From the NCBI GenBank assembly GCA_043228905.1, contig JBHGNT010000003.1, forward strand, positions 21,700,001-21,764,000: a stretch of 64,000 bases of DNA, in the 5' to 3' direction. Both the position numbers and the translations under genes were made by a program. The notes under the pieces are model-generated. The model made no database searches and had not been told where the DNA came from. It saw only the letters and a program-made list of their open reading frames with translations. Shown here one piece after another: positions 48,795 to 61,275 of the stretch. Numbering within the stretch: position 1 is the first letter of the stretch; each line of letters begins with the position of its first letter. This DNA comes from Azolla caroliniana (lineage: Eukaryota; Plantae; Polypodiophyta).

Positions 48795-49915
48795 TGTGGG
48801 CTAATTCATATGAGCGGGGGGTAAGGATTGATTAGTCTCGATCATATGGTGGGAGATAACTTTAGAGTGTTTTATCACTTGACCGTTTTAAATAAAGCAA
48901 TCAAGTGTGAAATAGATAAGGGCCTAGGGTTTGATACTATATAAGAGGGCTAGCTACCTTCATGAAAGGGATCATCTTTATTATTTTAATTATAGAGACT
49001 TTGTCAGTGTAGCAAAGCTCTAGCTACATACGCGTGTGTCGCCTTCTTCAAACCTAAGGTATGATCCATGTTTAAACTTGGTGGTACGGGACACCAATGG
49101 TGAACCCAAACTTGTCTCTAACCTTCATTAGGGGTGTTTGGGTGGTTTAACACCTTTTCGTCATTTTTTCTCCTTAATTTTGCTTAGCAATAATTTAAAT
49201 TCTTATAGTTGTATTAGAGTATACTTAAGTTTTATTCTGTGTTCTTTGTGTTTTTCGACTTTCTCTTAATCCTACAGCAATTAATGCATTGCGTTTTCTC
49301 GATCTAGGAGCAAGCAATTCGAGAATTACAGTATTTTCCATTCCTCTATTCTTTTGTTTTATTCAATCATGTTAATTATCCTCAATCATATTGGTTCATT
49401 GGACTACCACCTTGACCTTCCAATTGGCATCAAAGTCTATTATGTCTTTCATGTTAGTAATCTCAAAGGGTTGTTGGGTTGGGAGTATAATTCATTTTCT
49501 ATTAAAACTCTAGCTAGTTTTGAGGATTTGGCATCCAAACCTCATAAGCTAGAAAGAATTCTCAATTCTAAGTAAACGCTTATGATCTAAGCATATTCAA
49601 TTGTTTAAAATTAAATGGATGGATGGTTCTATAAAGAATGCTATTTAGGAGCAGAAAAATGCTCTTAAAATTGGCTTCCCTAAATTGTCATTATTAGAAG
49701 CAAATATTTAGAAAGGGGGAGTTGATTACGAGCATAATCGTAACCATAGTTCTTTAACCTGAGGTCTTAGTATGAGCTAATTCATAAGGAACGAAGGGTA
49801 AGGATTGAGTTACTCTCCATCCTATGGTGGGAGATAACTTTAGAGTGTTTCATCACTTAACCACTTTAAATGTAGTCAAGTGTTAAACAAACGAGGGCCT
49901 AGGTTTTGAGCCTAC
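48795..49915 (+). mobile_element. Deleted chromovirus derivative: LTR, chromodomain remnant, PPT, partial LTR
   Basis: LTR-like repeats at ~48795-49350 and ~49723-49915, a remnant translating YHLDLPIGIKVYYVFHVSNLK...KPHKLERILNSK and PPT GAAAGGGGGAG. Related to 47540-48290 and 58080-59380. Confidence 0.78.
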
Positions 49916-50197
49916 TGTAAAATTATGCGAGAACTTAAAGACAATAATTGTCAAAATCATTCAATTTTTTGTGGATTACACCAATCAAATGCTAGATATA
50001 ATGTGGTAAGGATGGAGGAGGAGCAAATGTATAAGGAATCACATATCATTGCTAGAAAATGTCACGAATATTGTACTAACATGTTTGTCTCTGGTCATAA
50101 CTGATGATGGTGGTAAACACATGTAAACTTCATTTATCACCGTGGGTAGGAATCTTGATGGAGATATTAGGGAGGATGAGGTATAGGTGGGTGGTCC

Positions 50198-50254
50198 CAC
50201 ACTTTCATGGCTTTATCAATTTTGGTCATGCTTTGATAAAGCCATGAAAGTGTG
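50198..50254. repeat. Perfect 22-bp inverted repeat with a 13-nt loop
   Basis: CACACTTTCATGGCTTTATCAA (50198-50219) pairs with TTGATAAAGCCATGAAAGTGTG (50233-50254). Confidence 0.95.
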
Positions 50255-52199
50255 AACTTGTTTCTTTTGATTTAGTTTTGAAAATTAATGTAGAAAAATT
50301 TGTGCTATCATTTGTTTAGAGAGGAACATATAGAATCTAGGCTTGGCAAAAAATGGCGACTTTCTTTATCGAAAAAGTCGGGGTTAAATGTGGGGGAACA
50401 AGTATACTAGCCAATTGGTGAAATATAGTGAACCCTACCAACAAGTGAAAACTGGGGTTCAATGATAGTAAATCATTTGTTGACATCAAGGCGTAAGTTG
50501 TTGTAAGATGTACCATGTTGTCCACCTCTGCACATATAATATGAAAATTCTTCGCAAAGGGAGTTCCCATGAACTTCAAGAGCATTGGATTGGGAGGACA
50601 ATCTTTCTTTCCCAATTAATTTCATTGAATGGGAAGCGTTGGATTGATTACAATGGTGATATGTTGTCCACAAAGATAACCGATTTAGGATAATTAGGTC
50701 AAGCTTCGGGATTCCTTGAAATTGTAAAGAAGTGTGATTGGACCAATACCCCACCCAATACAAAAGTGTAGAACTTTACATCATAGTTGAGGTGGAAATT
50801 CCAACAAATAGGAGATCTTGTCTTCCATTTCATGCTACAAATTTTATTTGCATAGTGTGGGTGGGACGGCTAGTTGTATGTGTTGCAACTTGCATTAGAG
50901 ATGAGAAACATTGTTGGTGGGACATGTTTCTTTTGTATAGTAGCGTTGAAACATATTGCACATAATTTTATGCCTTGTCCCTTGTCCAAATCAATTTGGA
51001 AGCATCCTTGAAAAGGAGGTAAAAAATTGCTTTCCAATGGGTGTTCCCACAACTAGAGTTATTAGTGACTTTACTACACTAATTTGTGCTTTAGTTCTTG
51101 AGGCAAAGGGGTTCTAATCCTTAAAGTCCCTTGTATTAATAACACATACAATCAAAACACACAGACACAGACACACATAGACACAGACACACAGACACAC
51201 AGACACACAGATACACAGACTCTCTCTCTCTCTCCAAGAGGTTGTAAACAAAGAGAGAGGATAGACTTGCATTGGCGATCCAATAATATCTTGCTAGCCT
51301 AAAAATTGTAACAATATTTTTAAATCATTTGAAAAAGAAGAAGAAAAAACTTTGCCTTCTCATTAGTTCCTGCCCCTAGAAATTTTCATATTGTGCTTCA
51401 TTTTTGTATAACTTTATCTTTGTTATCTTTTGTCAAATGAAGGGTGCTTCTAAAATAAATTTGCGAAAGTCAAGGGCACATTTTATACGTGAACTTAAAG
51501 CAAAGAACATTTGAAGTTGAAAATTATCCCAAAAAATATATGAAGGGCAAATGAGAGTCGAGACCATTTATTTACCCTCTCTTCCAAGTACATATTCTAG
51601 ATATATTAGTTTCTTCCACATGTATTGACAAGCAATGATGGGTAAATGAATGTATTAGTTCATCCAATGCAATACTAATTCAAAATATACCCCCAAGTCT
51701 ATGAGCAATATTAGAGTTGACTAGTAGAGGTTATATAATTCAAAACTTAAGCACGATGCTCGTATTATCGTACGGCTAGACGAATCATGTTCTTGCGGTT
51801 ATACAATACATAACTTAAGCAGGATGCTCGTGTGTGTTGTACGACTAGATAGATTACATACTTTGGTGAACTATTATGCAACTTCCAAAGAATGACACTA
51901 GGAACATCACATGGCTAGAAAAATTTACCTGCTTGGGCCATAGAGAAACTCCATTTCGGCTACTAGTACAACCCCTCCAAGATGGACTATATGTAAATAT
52001 TATGTGCAATGAGCACTTTGTTTATTGTAACTTCTAAAATATAATGTCCCATGGGCAGGCACCTCGACAAATGAATCAAGCGGCATTAATTTACCTCGAT
52101 TCGACACATGCAAACAATGTCGCATGAACCTATACTCAATCGTATTGGAGGTCTGTCTCTGATCATTAACTCGACGTATTATGTGATCAAAGCAAACGA

Positions 52200-52413
52200 G
52201 TACATTGAGAATCTTCATGATTCGATATCTCGCGAAGTACATGGCAAGATGAGTAGTACACGTTTGACTTAGAAAAAGGTTCGTACACATTTGGGTTATT
52301 TCAAATATGTACGTGAAAGAAGGTACAAAAGCTTATTAAAGAGTACTGAATGTGGAACGATGGTCAAAAGTAGCTAGAGTAGTATAAATAGAGTGAATTC
52401 AGTGTGAGCGTAC
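52200..52413. promoter_or_regulatory. GTAC cluster (putative SBP/SPL7-type copper-response elements) in the FRO-1 promoter
   Basis: GTAC at 52200, 52237, 52256, 52283, 52309, 52323, 52343 and 52410. TATA-like elements at 52383 and 52504. Confidence 0.7.
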
Positions 52414-52561
52414 ATCCATGTTAGCTAGTTGGACTGGATGCAGGTCAGTGCCATCATAACCACAAAGCTTGATTAGCCACTAATCAAGACCTTAATCCCT
52501 ACTTATATAAAGATAGCACCCACTCCAGAGCCTCAAACACTCCCCCCCCTCCCAACAAATC

Positions 52562-55500
52562 ATGCTTAACGGCATCCCGGCCTTGTCGACCGAGATCGGC
52601 CGCCCCAAGCGGGACTTGGAGGTGATCAAGCAGGAAATAGCTTGGGCGCGCTTGGCAAAATTCACTACGCAAGGCGTGATCGTGGCCTCGTGCATCTTTT
52701 GGGCCGCGTATTGGCTCGTCTCGCCCGACCCTGCGGCCGACGACAAGTATGTCGAGACCTTGGTCGGCGGTCGTACTCACTCTCGCTTCTTCAATTCCGA
52801 CGGCTATGAAGGTAACCTTCAGGAAGCCTAATTACTTACTAAATAGTTGAGCTTACAAAATCGGAGGTTTTGGATGCCCGATCACCGTAATTAGTAAAAA
52901 AAGAAGAAGCTTAGGATTAATGAAATGGTTTGAAAGCATTTGTCCATAGTATGTTTGGAAATCTATAGCTCCAGCAGTACTGATTGTATTTTTATCCCCC
53001 TTCCATCATCCCCTCTTGCCGGTCTGGGGGCATGTGTAATCAATGATGCAGGTTCGGCATTCATATACCAAGCCATGCCATTCATGGTGGTGGCCATGTT
53101 GGGGTTCGCGGTGATAGAGCTAAGGGCAGTCATAAAAAGGAAAGAGGTGGAGATAGGTTCATTAATATCGGCTAATTCAGCGGGAAATACTGCGGGGAAG
53201 CAGATTTATGTGAGAAAGTGGCAATGGAGCTCCTATCCATTGTGGATCGACAGTAGCATATTCGGCATCCTCACGGCCGCAGAAGTGGTCGGGATCCTCG
53301 GCATCCTCTTCTTGATCTCATACAATTTCGGAAGGAATGTGCACCTCTCGTTCGGCCGAATCGACGAGGGGACTATAATGTTTCACCATGCGCCGCCTGC
53401 TATGTAATGATGCCAAAATCTATATACCTAACTATATGTATATATATATTCCTTCCACAATGCATTATATAAAACACATTCGGGGGTGAATGAAGCTCAT
53501 TGGGATATGGGGGAGGAGTTATATCATTATCACTATTAGTATTGATCGGTCGGGACTTGTGAACGCAGCCCGTGGCAGAAACTAGATTACGCGTCTTATT
53601 ACTTGGGGACAGCCGCAACGGTGCCATTCTCATTGCTATGGATCCCGGTCTCGAGGGGCTCGGTGCTGCTGCGGATCGTCAGGATCCCATTCGAGCGTGC
53701 GGTCCGCTACCATATCTGGCTTGCAAACCTAATGGTCCTCCTCCTCACCCTCCATAGCATAGGCTATATTGTCTACTACTCCTACACCGGACAACCTGAA
53801 CAGGTAATGTCATATTATGTCTCAACTAATGCATATATGTCTCAACAAGGAATCCATTGAAACTATGTCCAAAATATATCCAAGCATCGAATTGGCTTTT
53901 TATATACATGCATCTTTCGTCAAATGTCGAGCTACTAAACATTGGACCATGTATGTCATCTCAGATCTATGGATGGGAGACAAGCAACGATTCATGCGCT
54001 GTTGTCGCGGGCTTAGTCGCGTGGATATTGTCGGTCATTATATGGGTCACGTCCCTCGACATCTTTCGTCGCCGTTTCTACGACATGTTCTTCATCGTGC
54101 ACCACTTGTATCTCCTCTTCTCCCTCTTCTGGATCTACCACGCTGTATGGAACTATCACTTCTTCGTAATCCCCATGTTGCTCTTCTTCGTCGATCGCTT
54201 CCTCCGGATGGTCCAATCCCGAACTGTCGTTAATATCCTCTCTGCCAAGGTCCTCGAGTCAGGGGAAGTTGAGCTCAAACTCCCTCTCAACTCTAAAGAT
54301 AGTGGCCAAGGTATGTGACCGTATGTCCTTATTAACACTTAAATAACAAAATGGCTATAACTTTTGGAAGTTATGTCCCAACCTCTACTCTAACTAAATC
54401 ATGTGCCACATCCTACTTCAAATGTGTTTGTAATCAGGACACCTCTCTTACAATGCACTTTCAACATGGTGTCTCCAAATCGCCGGTATCTCCAAGCAAC
54501 AATGGCACTTCTTCAGTGGAGCATCATCACCTTTGGACAATAGCCATGAAGTTTCCATCATAATCAAGCCCCTTGGTAATTGGACGAGAGCACTACGTGA
54601 CGAGTTCGTGGGTTACAAGAAAGCGTCAAACTCTTGTCCTTTCTCCTTCAAGGCTAGAGTTGAAGGTCCCTATGGTGATGAATCCAATTTCTACCTAAAG
54701 TAAGAGCCTTAACGTAGCAACTCTTTATATTTACTTGCTTCTAAAACTTCGATAATATTGCTCAATATAACGAGTTGCCATGTTTCGTTGTAATTGTTTC
54801 AGGTATAAGACCCTCGTGCTTGTGTCCGGAGGCATTGGAATAACTCCCCTCCTTGCAATACTTCGTGACATTTTGCATCGATATAAGAATATAAAGTACA
54901 ATGCATCCACATGCCTTCCTACATTCATTACTGTTTACCATTGCATAAGGAAGCCGGAGGAGTTATGTGTGTTGAATAGTGTAGATCCTAACCAAATTCT
55001 TCCGGGCTATGACACATTGGGGTTGACAATCAAAATCCATGCATATATAACCTCACAAAACAAGGATGATTATCACGAATTACATTCTAAACAAATTGGG
55101 GGGTTGGATATGAATCACGAAATGTTCGACATTTCTACATTTACGGCATCACATCCAGGGTCACAGACCCTGGTATTCCGACCACTTGTTGGTAATGGGG
55201 GAGATGTTCAAGGAGCAATTTCAAGTATATGCATAACTGGGAGTACCTTTTGGGTAGCATGCACCACCATTGCATCTATTCTAGGTTATGTAGTTCTTTC
55301 AGGCTTGGCTAACACTCTTATTATCAAATCTTCTACTGAACCTGGTTTCCCTAACTACAACCGTGCACATATAGTGGTAGCTTGCGTGTGTTTAGGAGTT
55401 GTAGTATTTGGTGGACTTGTCGTTTTCATGTGGTCTCAAAAACTTAAACAACAAAGGAGAGATACATCCTCGGTACAACCAAGAAACCAAAGTACAATTA

Positions 55501-56052
55501 ATTCTCCATCCAATAGTAATGATGAATTCATTGTAGATGATGAAACATGTGTTGGATTGGATGTCAAGGCATCTCCATGGATCGGTGATGTGCACCTTTA
55601 TCGTCGTCCAAAGTGGAGAGGTATAGGCCCAACAAATTGCATCCAATGCTTTAAAATATGTTAATTTCTCTTTTACTCCATGATTGTTAGCTTGATGGGA
55701 TCCTTGTCATGGTTTCTACCGATATGTCCTATATATCTGAATTGGTTTCCCTCTAAAACACACAGTTACACACCTAATGAAAATTTTACAAACGTTTTCT
55801 ATTAATATTGAAATTATACCAAATTAGGTTTGAGAAGTACTTACCTTCTATTTCATAATACGATATACAGATGTTTTTGATGATCTTGCCAAACAAAACC
55901 ATGGCGAGTGTGTTGGTGTTCTTGTGTCTGGATCCGAGAGCATGCAAGCAGACATTGCAAAACAATGCAAGAGAAAAACTTCATTTCATCTGAAATCTTC
56001 AGAACCTACAAGCATGATGTTTCATTATCACTCTGTAAGCTTCAACCTTTAG
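52562..56052 (+). CDS. FRO: Ferric/cupric chelate reductase (FRO family), 7 exons, ~814 aa
   Basis: Exons 52562-52811, 53052-53403, 53569-53803, 53965-54310, 54438-54699, 54803-55620 and 55871-56052 are all GT-AG and in frame. Motifs: PVSRGS, heme His pairs (RYHIW..TLH; VHHLY..IYH), DRFLR, QWHFFS, VEGPYG, SGGIGITP and C-terminus HSVSFNL. Confidence 0.93.
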
Positions 56053-57228
56053 TTACCAACATTCTTGGGGTTAATGCTTATGATCACATGATATTAATGT
56101 GAGCTTATCTATAGTTGCTCACCTATTTCTTAGAAATGTTGCACTTGATGTTGTAAATAATAAGCAAAAATCGAGATACGTCATATATGTTTAGCATACA
56201 AGGTTTGTGAAATGTCTTGTCGAGTTGTGAAAATAGTCACAAATTGTGTAAGCAAATGTATTATGATCCTTATAATTTTGTTTTTTGTGAATATACTCAT
56301 ATAATATACAATTTACTACAAAAATGTATTTACTCATTATAACATGTATCTAGCTCTTTCATCCTTAATTTGAAGGCAAAACATGTCATCCATTCTTAGG
56401 CTACTAGCATGCATGCTAAAGTCTTAAGAAAATGGAAAATCACAATCTTCTTCCTAATGTAATGAATTGAGTTTACCTGAAACGACTACCTTAAATAGTT
56501 GCATTCCAAGGCCTTAATATAGGCTAGTTGAGGGATTGGGGACATCACTCCCCAATGTCAAACTAGACTACACCATACATAAACACAAAAGCACATGTTT
56601 AGAACTACACTCCGTGCAACTATGGAAGGCTTAAAGGCTTCTTAACACACACCTAGTCAACACACAATTAAAGAAATATGTTAGTCTCACTTAAATAGAT
56701 AATTATAATATAAGAACATTCAAGTTATCTTAGTTAATTGATAAATAAAAAACGTGCATATATATCTTGATCTTGATTAAGTACAATAACTGTGGAAAGG
56801 CTACACAGAGGAAAGAAACTCTTAGAGTATGCAAAATGGAGAGAGTGAGGACCAAAGGATAGCCCTAAAGTTGGGGCACCTTAAGGCCTATTTTACATGA
56901 GAGCTATTACTTTTTGACCTTTTAAAAGTGTTCCTTTCATTTACGAGCCCATTTATGAGCCACCAATCATCCCAACCTAATAAAGGGTAGTTCCCCACAA
57001 ATTACAATATGACTTTGTTTCTTGTATACCTTTGCATACATTTGGGTTTTTTCTTTTCCTTTTTGGTTGCTATTTGTTGTCTTGGAGAGCCTTATTTTTT
57101 GAACTTTCTTTTTCGTTGTGCATGGTTTGTTTTCTAATAAACTCAAAGATTCTCCTCTCTACTAGCTTCGCCTTCTCTTTGCATCTTCTACCCATTGTCC
57201 CTTGGCAATTTCCTTCTCTACCCTCACC

Positions 57229-58014
57229 TAGTTATGGGCCCGATTTCAACTCAAACTAACAAACCGTTAAGCTATGGTTTAACAGGTATCAGTTCCAATA
57301 TAATTAAACGGTTTTGTTTGGTTCAATTGTTATTAAACAAATTGGTTCTAAAACTCAGTTTATTGGTTTATAGGTTTAAGTTGTTTGGTTTTTTTAAAGT
57401 CAAGATTCACCTTGGTATTAATGAAAAGATGTCCAAAGGCTACAAACAATCCATACAATAAAATATAACCCTCTTACCCTCTTACCAAACCGAAACAGAA
57501 CCTTCTCTTAGTTTCCACATTTTCTCACCTTCTTTGTTGTATTATGTTGCTCGCTATCTTGCCTCATATCACTCCCATAATCTCATTATCTGCCCCCCGC
57601 CCCAATTGAACCGAATTGTGAAACCGTAAAAACCGCAGTTTCGTGGTTCGGTTTCGGTTTTCAACATAGGTCAAAATTTTAATTTTTTAAAATTTATAAT
57701 ATTTCATTATTTAGAATTTTGAGAATTTTTAAGATGTTCCTAAAATGTGAGAATAAGGTGTAAAAATGAAAAGATTGTTAAAAAACAAAATTTAAAATTT
57801 TTTAGAATTTTTAAACAAAATTGTAAAAAAATAAAAAATAGAAACCGTTAAACCGTTTAAACTGCGGTTTTTTATTGTTGAAACCAAACCAAACCGAACC
57901 GAACCGTTTAATAAAACCTAAACTTGAATCGAAATGAACCATTGAAACCGTTAAGCCGTCAAACCACGGTTTCACGGTTCGGTTCGGTTCAAACCAAACC
58001 GTTGCCGATTGTTA
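57229..58014. mobile_element. AACCG-rich MITE-like element(s), same family as 23510-23818
   Basis: 57605-58014 aligns with 23510-23818 (AAGATGTTCCTAA...GAGAATAAGG; end CCGTTGCCGATTGTTA). Further AAACCG arrays lie at 57229-57500. The left end is uncertain. Confidence 0.72.
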
Positions 58015-58079
58015 AGTACACTTGGGAGTGTACACATATTAGGTTGGAGGGTTGTGAAGTATCTCTCAAATATGTTACT

Positions 58080-59380
58080 TGTTATGAGCATAATTGTAAC
58101 TATAGTTCTCAAACTGTAGGGTTAGGTTTGGTGGGAGATAACTTTGGAGTATTTCATCACTTGACCACTTATAATAAAGTAGTCAAGTGTGAAATAGACA
58201 ATGTGCAGGGTTTGGGGGGGGGGGGGGGGGGGGGGGGTGAGTATATATTAGAGGGATAACTACCTTGATGAAAGGGATCATCTTTATTATTTTGATAGAG
58301 ACTCGATCAATGTGGCAAAGCTCTAGGTTCATGCACATGCGCCTCGTTCTTCTTCAAACCTAAGGTACGATCCATGTTCCAACTTTGTGGTATCGGATAC
58401 CAATGGTGGACCTAGATCCGCCTCTTAATTTCACTAGGGGGGTTGTTCTAACACTTGTTCTTCCATCTTTTCTCTTTAATTTTGTTTAACATTAATTTGG
58501 ATTATTATAGTTGGTATTAAAGTGCATCATTAACATTTTCTTGTTTGTGCTTGTGTTTTTCAAAATTTTCTTGATCTTACAGCAACTCTCGGAGTATGTT
58601 TATCGATCTAGGAATAAGCAAGATGGGAATTACGGTATTTTACGTTTCTCTCTTCTCTTGTTTTTTATCAATCAGGTTAAGATTTTTTTCTTCCTCTTAC
58701 GGGGCATATGATGTTCACCCTTCATGTAAAAATTCTCTATGAGTAAGTGTGCTAAATTAGCCCCATGCTTTTGTGGACCTTTCGTAATCCTCAATCATAT
58801 TGGTTCATCAAACTTCTATCGTGACTAACTCACACAAGGTTCATCTTGTCTTTTATGTTAGTTGTCTCAAAGAGTTCTTGTGTTTGGAATGTAACTCATT
58901 TTCTATTAAACTTTGGTTACTTTCGAGGAAATGATGTCCAAACCTAATAGGCAAGAAGGAATTCTCGATTCCAACTAAATGCTTACAATCAAAGCATATT
59001 CAACAGTTGAAATTTAATTAAATGGATGGATTGTTCAATCAATGATGCTCGTAAAACCAGTTTCTTGACTTTTCACTATGAGACACAATTTTTTAGGAAG
59101 GTGCAGTACGTTACAAGTATAACCATAAACCTAGTTCTTTAACCTTAGGACAAAGTGTGAGCTGATTTATAAGGAAGAAAGTGTAACAATTTTGTTATTC
59201 TCAGTCCTATGGTGGGAGATAACTAAAGAGTGTTCCATCATTAGATCCTTTATAATAAAGTAGTTAAGTTGGTTTGAGCCAATATAAGAGCTCTAGCTAC
59301 CTACTTCATGAAAGGGATCATCGTTTTTAATTTTGATGGAGACTCTTGCAATATGATAAGGCTAGCTTCATACACATGTG
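58080..59380 (+). mobile_element. Second deleted chromovirus derivative (LTR, integrase tail/chromodomain remnant, LTR)
   Basis: LTR starts TGTTATGAGCATAA at 58080. Remnant AAATTAGCCCCATGCTTTTGTGGACCTTT...AAATGGATGGAT matches 47490-47790. Second LTR starts at ~59109. Confidence 0.78.
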
Positions 59381-59634
59381 AAGGCATCAATGTTTGGTGA
59401 TGGTAAGCCAATGATGGTACAAGAATCTTAAGTTTCTTAGGATTGAACTCTCCTAACCCTCTAATAGTGTGTGTATATTATGTGCCATTGTTCACACAAC
59501 AAAAGACGAAAATAAACATGTAGGTGTCCATAGCCCATTCACAGATGTAGGAAATGTTAACAATATATTATATCATCAACAATTGAATTATTTATCCTCC
59601 CATTCAAGGGATCTATCAAAACCTCATAAGTTTT

Positions 59635-59895
59635 AAAGGTTACTGCAAGAGATATGGAGTGAAATTGTAGCCACTCTAAAGAGCCAATATGATGGCCTTA
59701 AAGGTGGCTCCGAGTGAGTTGAAAGACAACGCATAGCCTTCATCCAACAATGGTCGTCCTCTCCCTTTCTTGAGTTAGTGGGCTTCCACATTAGATGGAA
59801 CTATCGCGTCCCTTTAGGGATTTGTACATAATCGCCTCATTTGTAAAATTTTATAACTAATGGAAGGAGTTTTTTTTTGGAAGAAAAAAAAAAAA
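59635..59895 (+). mobile_element. Short 5'-truncated copy of the LINE at 39797-40709, with poly(A) tail and 17-bp TSD
   Basis: Near-identical to 40435-40680. TSD AAAACCTCATAAGTTTT at 59618-59634 and 59896-59912. Confidence 0.93.
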
Positions 59896-61275
59896 AAAAC
59901 CTCATAAGTTTTCTAGTTCACCTTGAAATGGTGATCAATCTCTTATTCTTTTCATAATGAATCTTTTTTTTGCCAAAAAAAGATACTACATTAGTATTAG
60001 AAAACGCCCTTAAGACTATACATACAAGATATACCATAGATCCCCTTTTTTCTAAATACTAACCATCGGCTTAAATAAATACTTTGGTGAAGAGTAAAAC
60101 CATTCCACCTTATTAGAAATGCAAGTTGGGCTTATAAAAGCAACTTTGTGATTTGTCATAGTTGGCCCTTGTCGACACAGACAATATTTCTTGGATCCCC
60201 AAGAAGACGAAAAAACCCTATTGACATGTTGAAATTGGTTCAAGTTAAAAACACAAGCCCATGTAAGCATTGTAAGTGCATGTCAGTAGGATAAATTGTA
60301 CAAACTTGTTCGTCTAGAATCGATGTCCAATTATTCAAACATCTCAAATTTACTAGACACTTGTGGGATATCTATGTACTGGATATTTCCATGTTGAATA
60401 AATGCCATAAATGCAATGGTTGATTTTCGATGCAAATTTGTAGGATTTTTGTACTCTAAATCATGTTGGGAGTTACAAATAGTTTATGCAATGTAATAAG
60501 AAAATATCATTTTCATAGAGGTCAAAATTCTCATATGAGATTCACTATGTTCACAAACTTTGGTTTGTACATAATACTTGGTGGTTGGAAGTATGAATTG
60601 GTATGATCATAATATGTTGTGTATGACATAGTAACTAATGTCATACAACAAATGATAACACAAGATGCTTTTATGGTCTAGCTTCTTCACATTTCCATTA
60701 AGCATGAAGCAAGGATTTAGCCTTTCAAATTGATAATATATGACCCTTTTTATAAGACTCATGCAACACCATTGTTTCCACTCCTTATGCTATAAAAGGA
60801 AACACAACTAACAAATACAATAGACATGGATTGAAGTCACATTGTATTTAATGTTGCAAAACACAAGATTTGTTGCTATGGTAAATTTTTGTAAAAAAAA
60901 AGATTTATTGCTATATATTTATCATATGCTTTACAATACAATATGCCCAACCTTATGTATCTACAAGTAATGATTTGTTGGGACTTTTAAAAGTTTATTA
61001 TTTTGAATATAAAGAGTATATTGCTTTCCTTTGTGCTACAAAATCATAAAAGAACAATTTGGATCATCTTCGACAATAGCTAAATATCCTTGTAATATTC
61101 ATGATCATTGACATATTAAGTATCTAAACATATAATTCTCGAGATATTCATAACATCATCAATTTAGGTTTATTGTAGTTGACAAATGCCTTCCAAGTAT
61201 TTGAAAACTTGCATATAATATTATTGTTCCTTGGTTTTCAAATCTTTGTCCACATTTAATAAAGACAATTAACGT

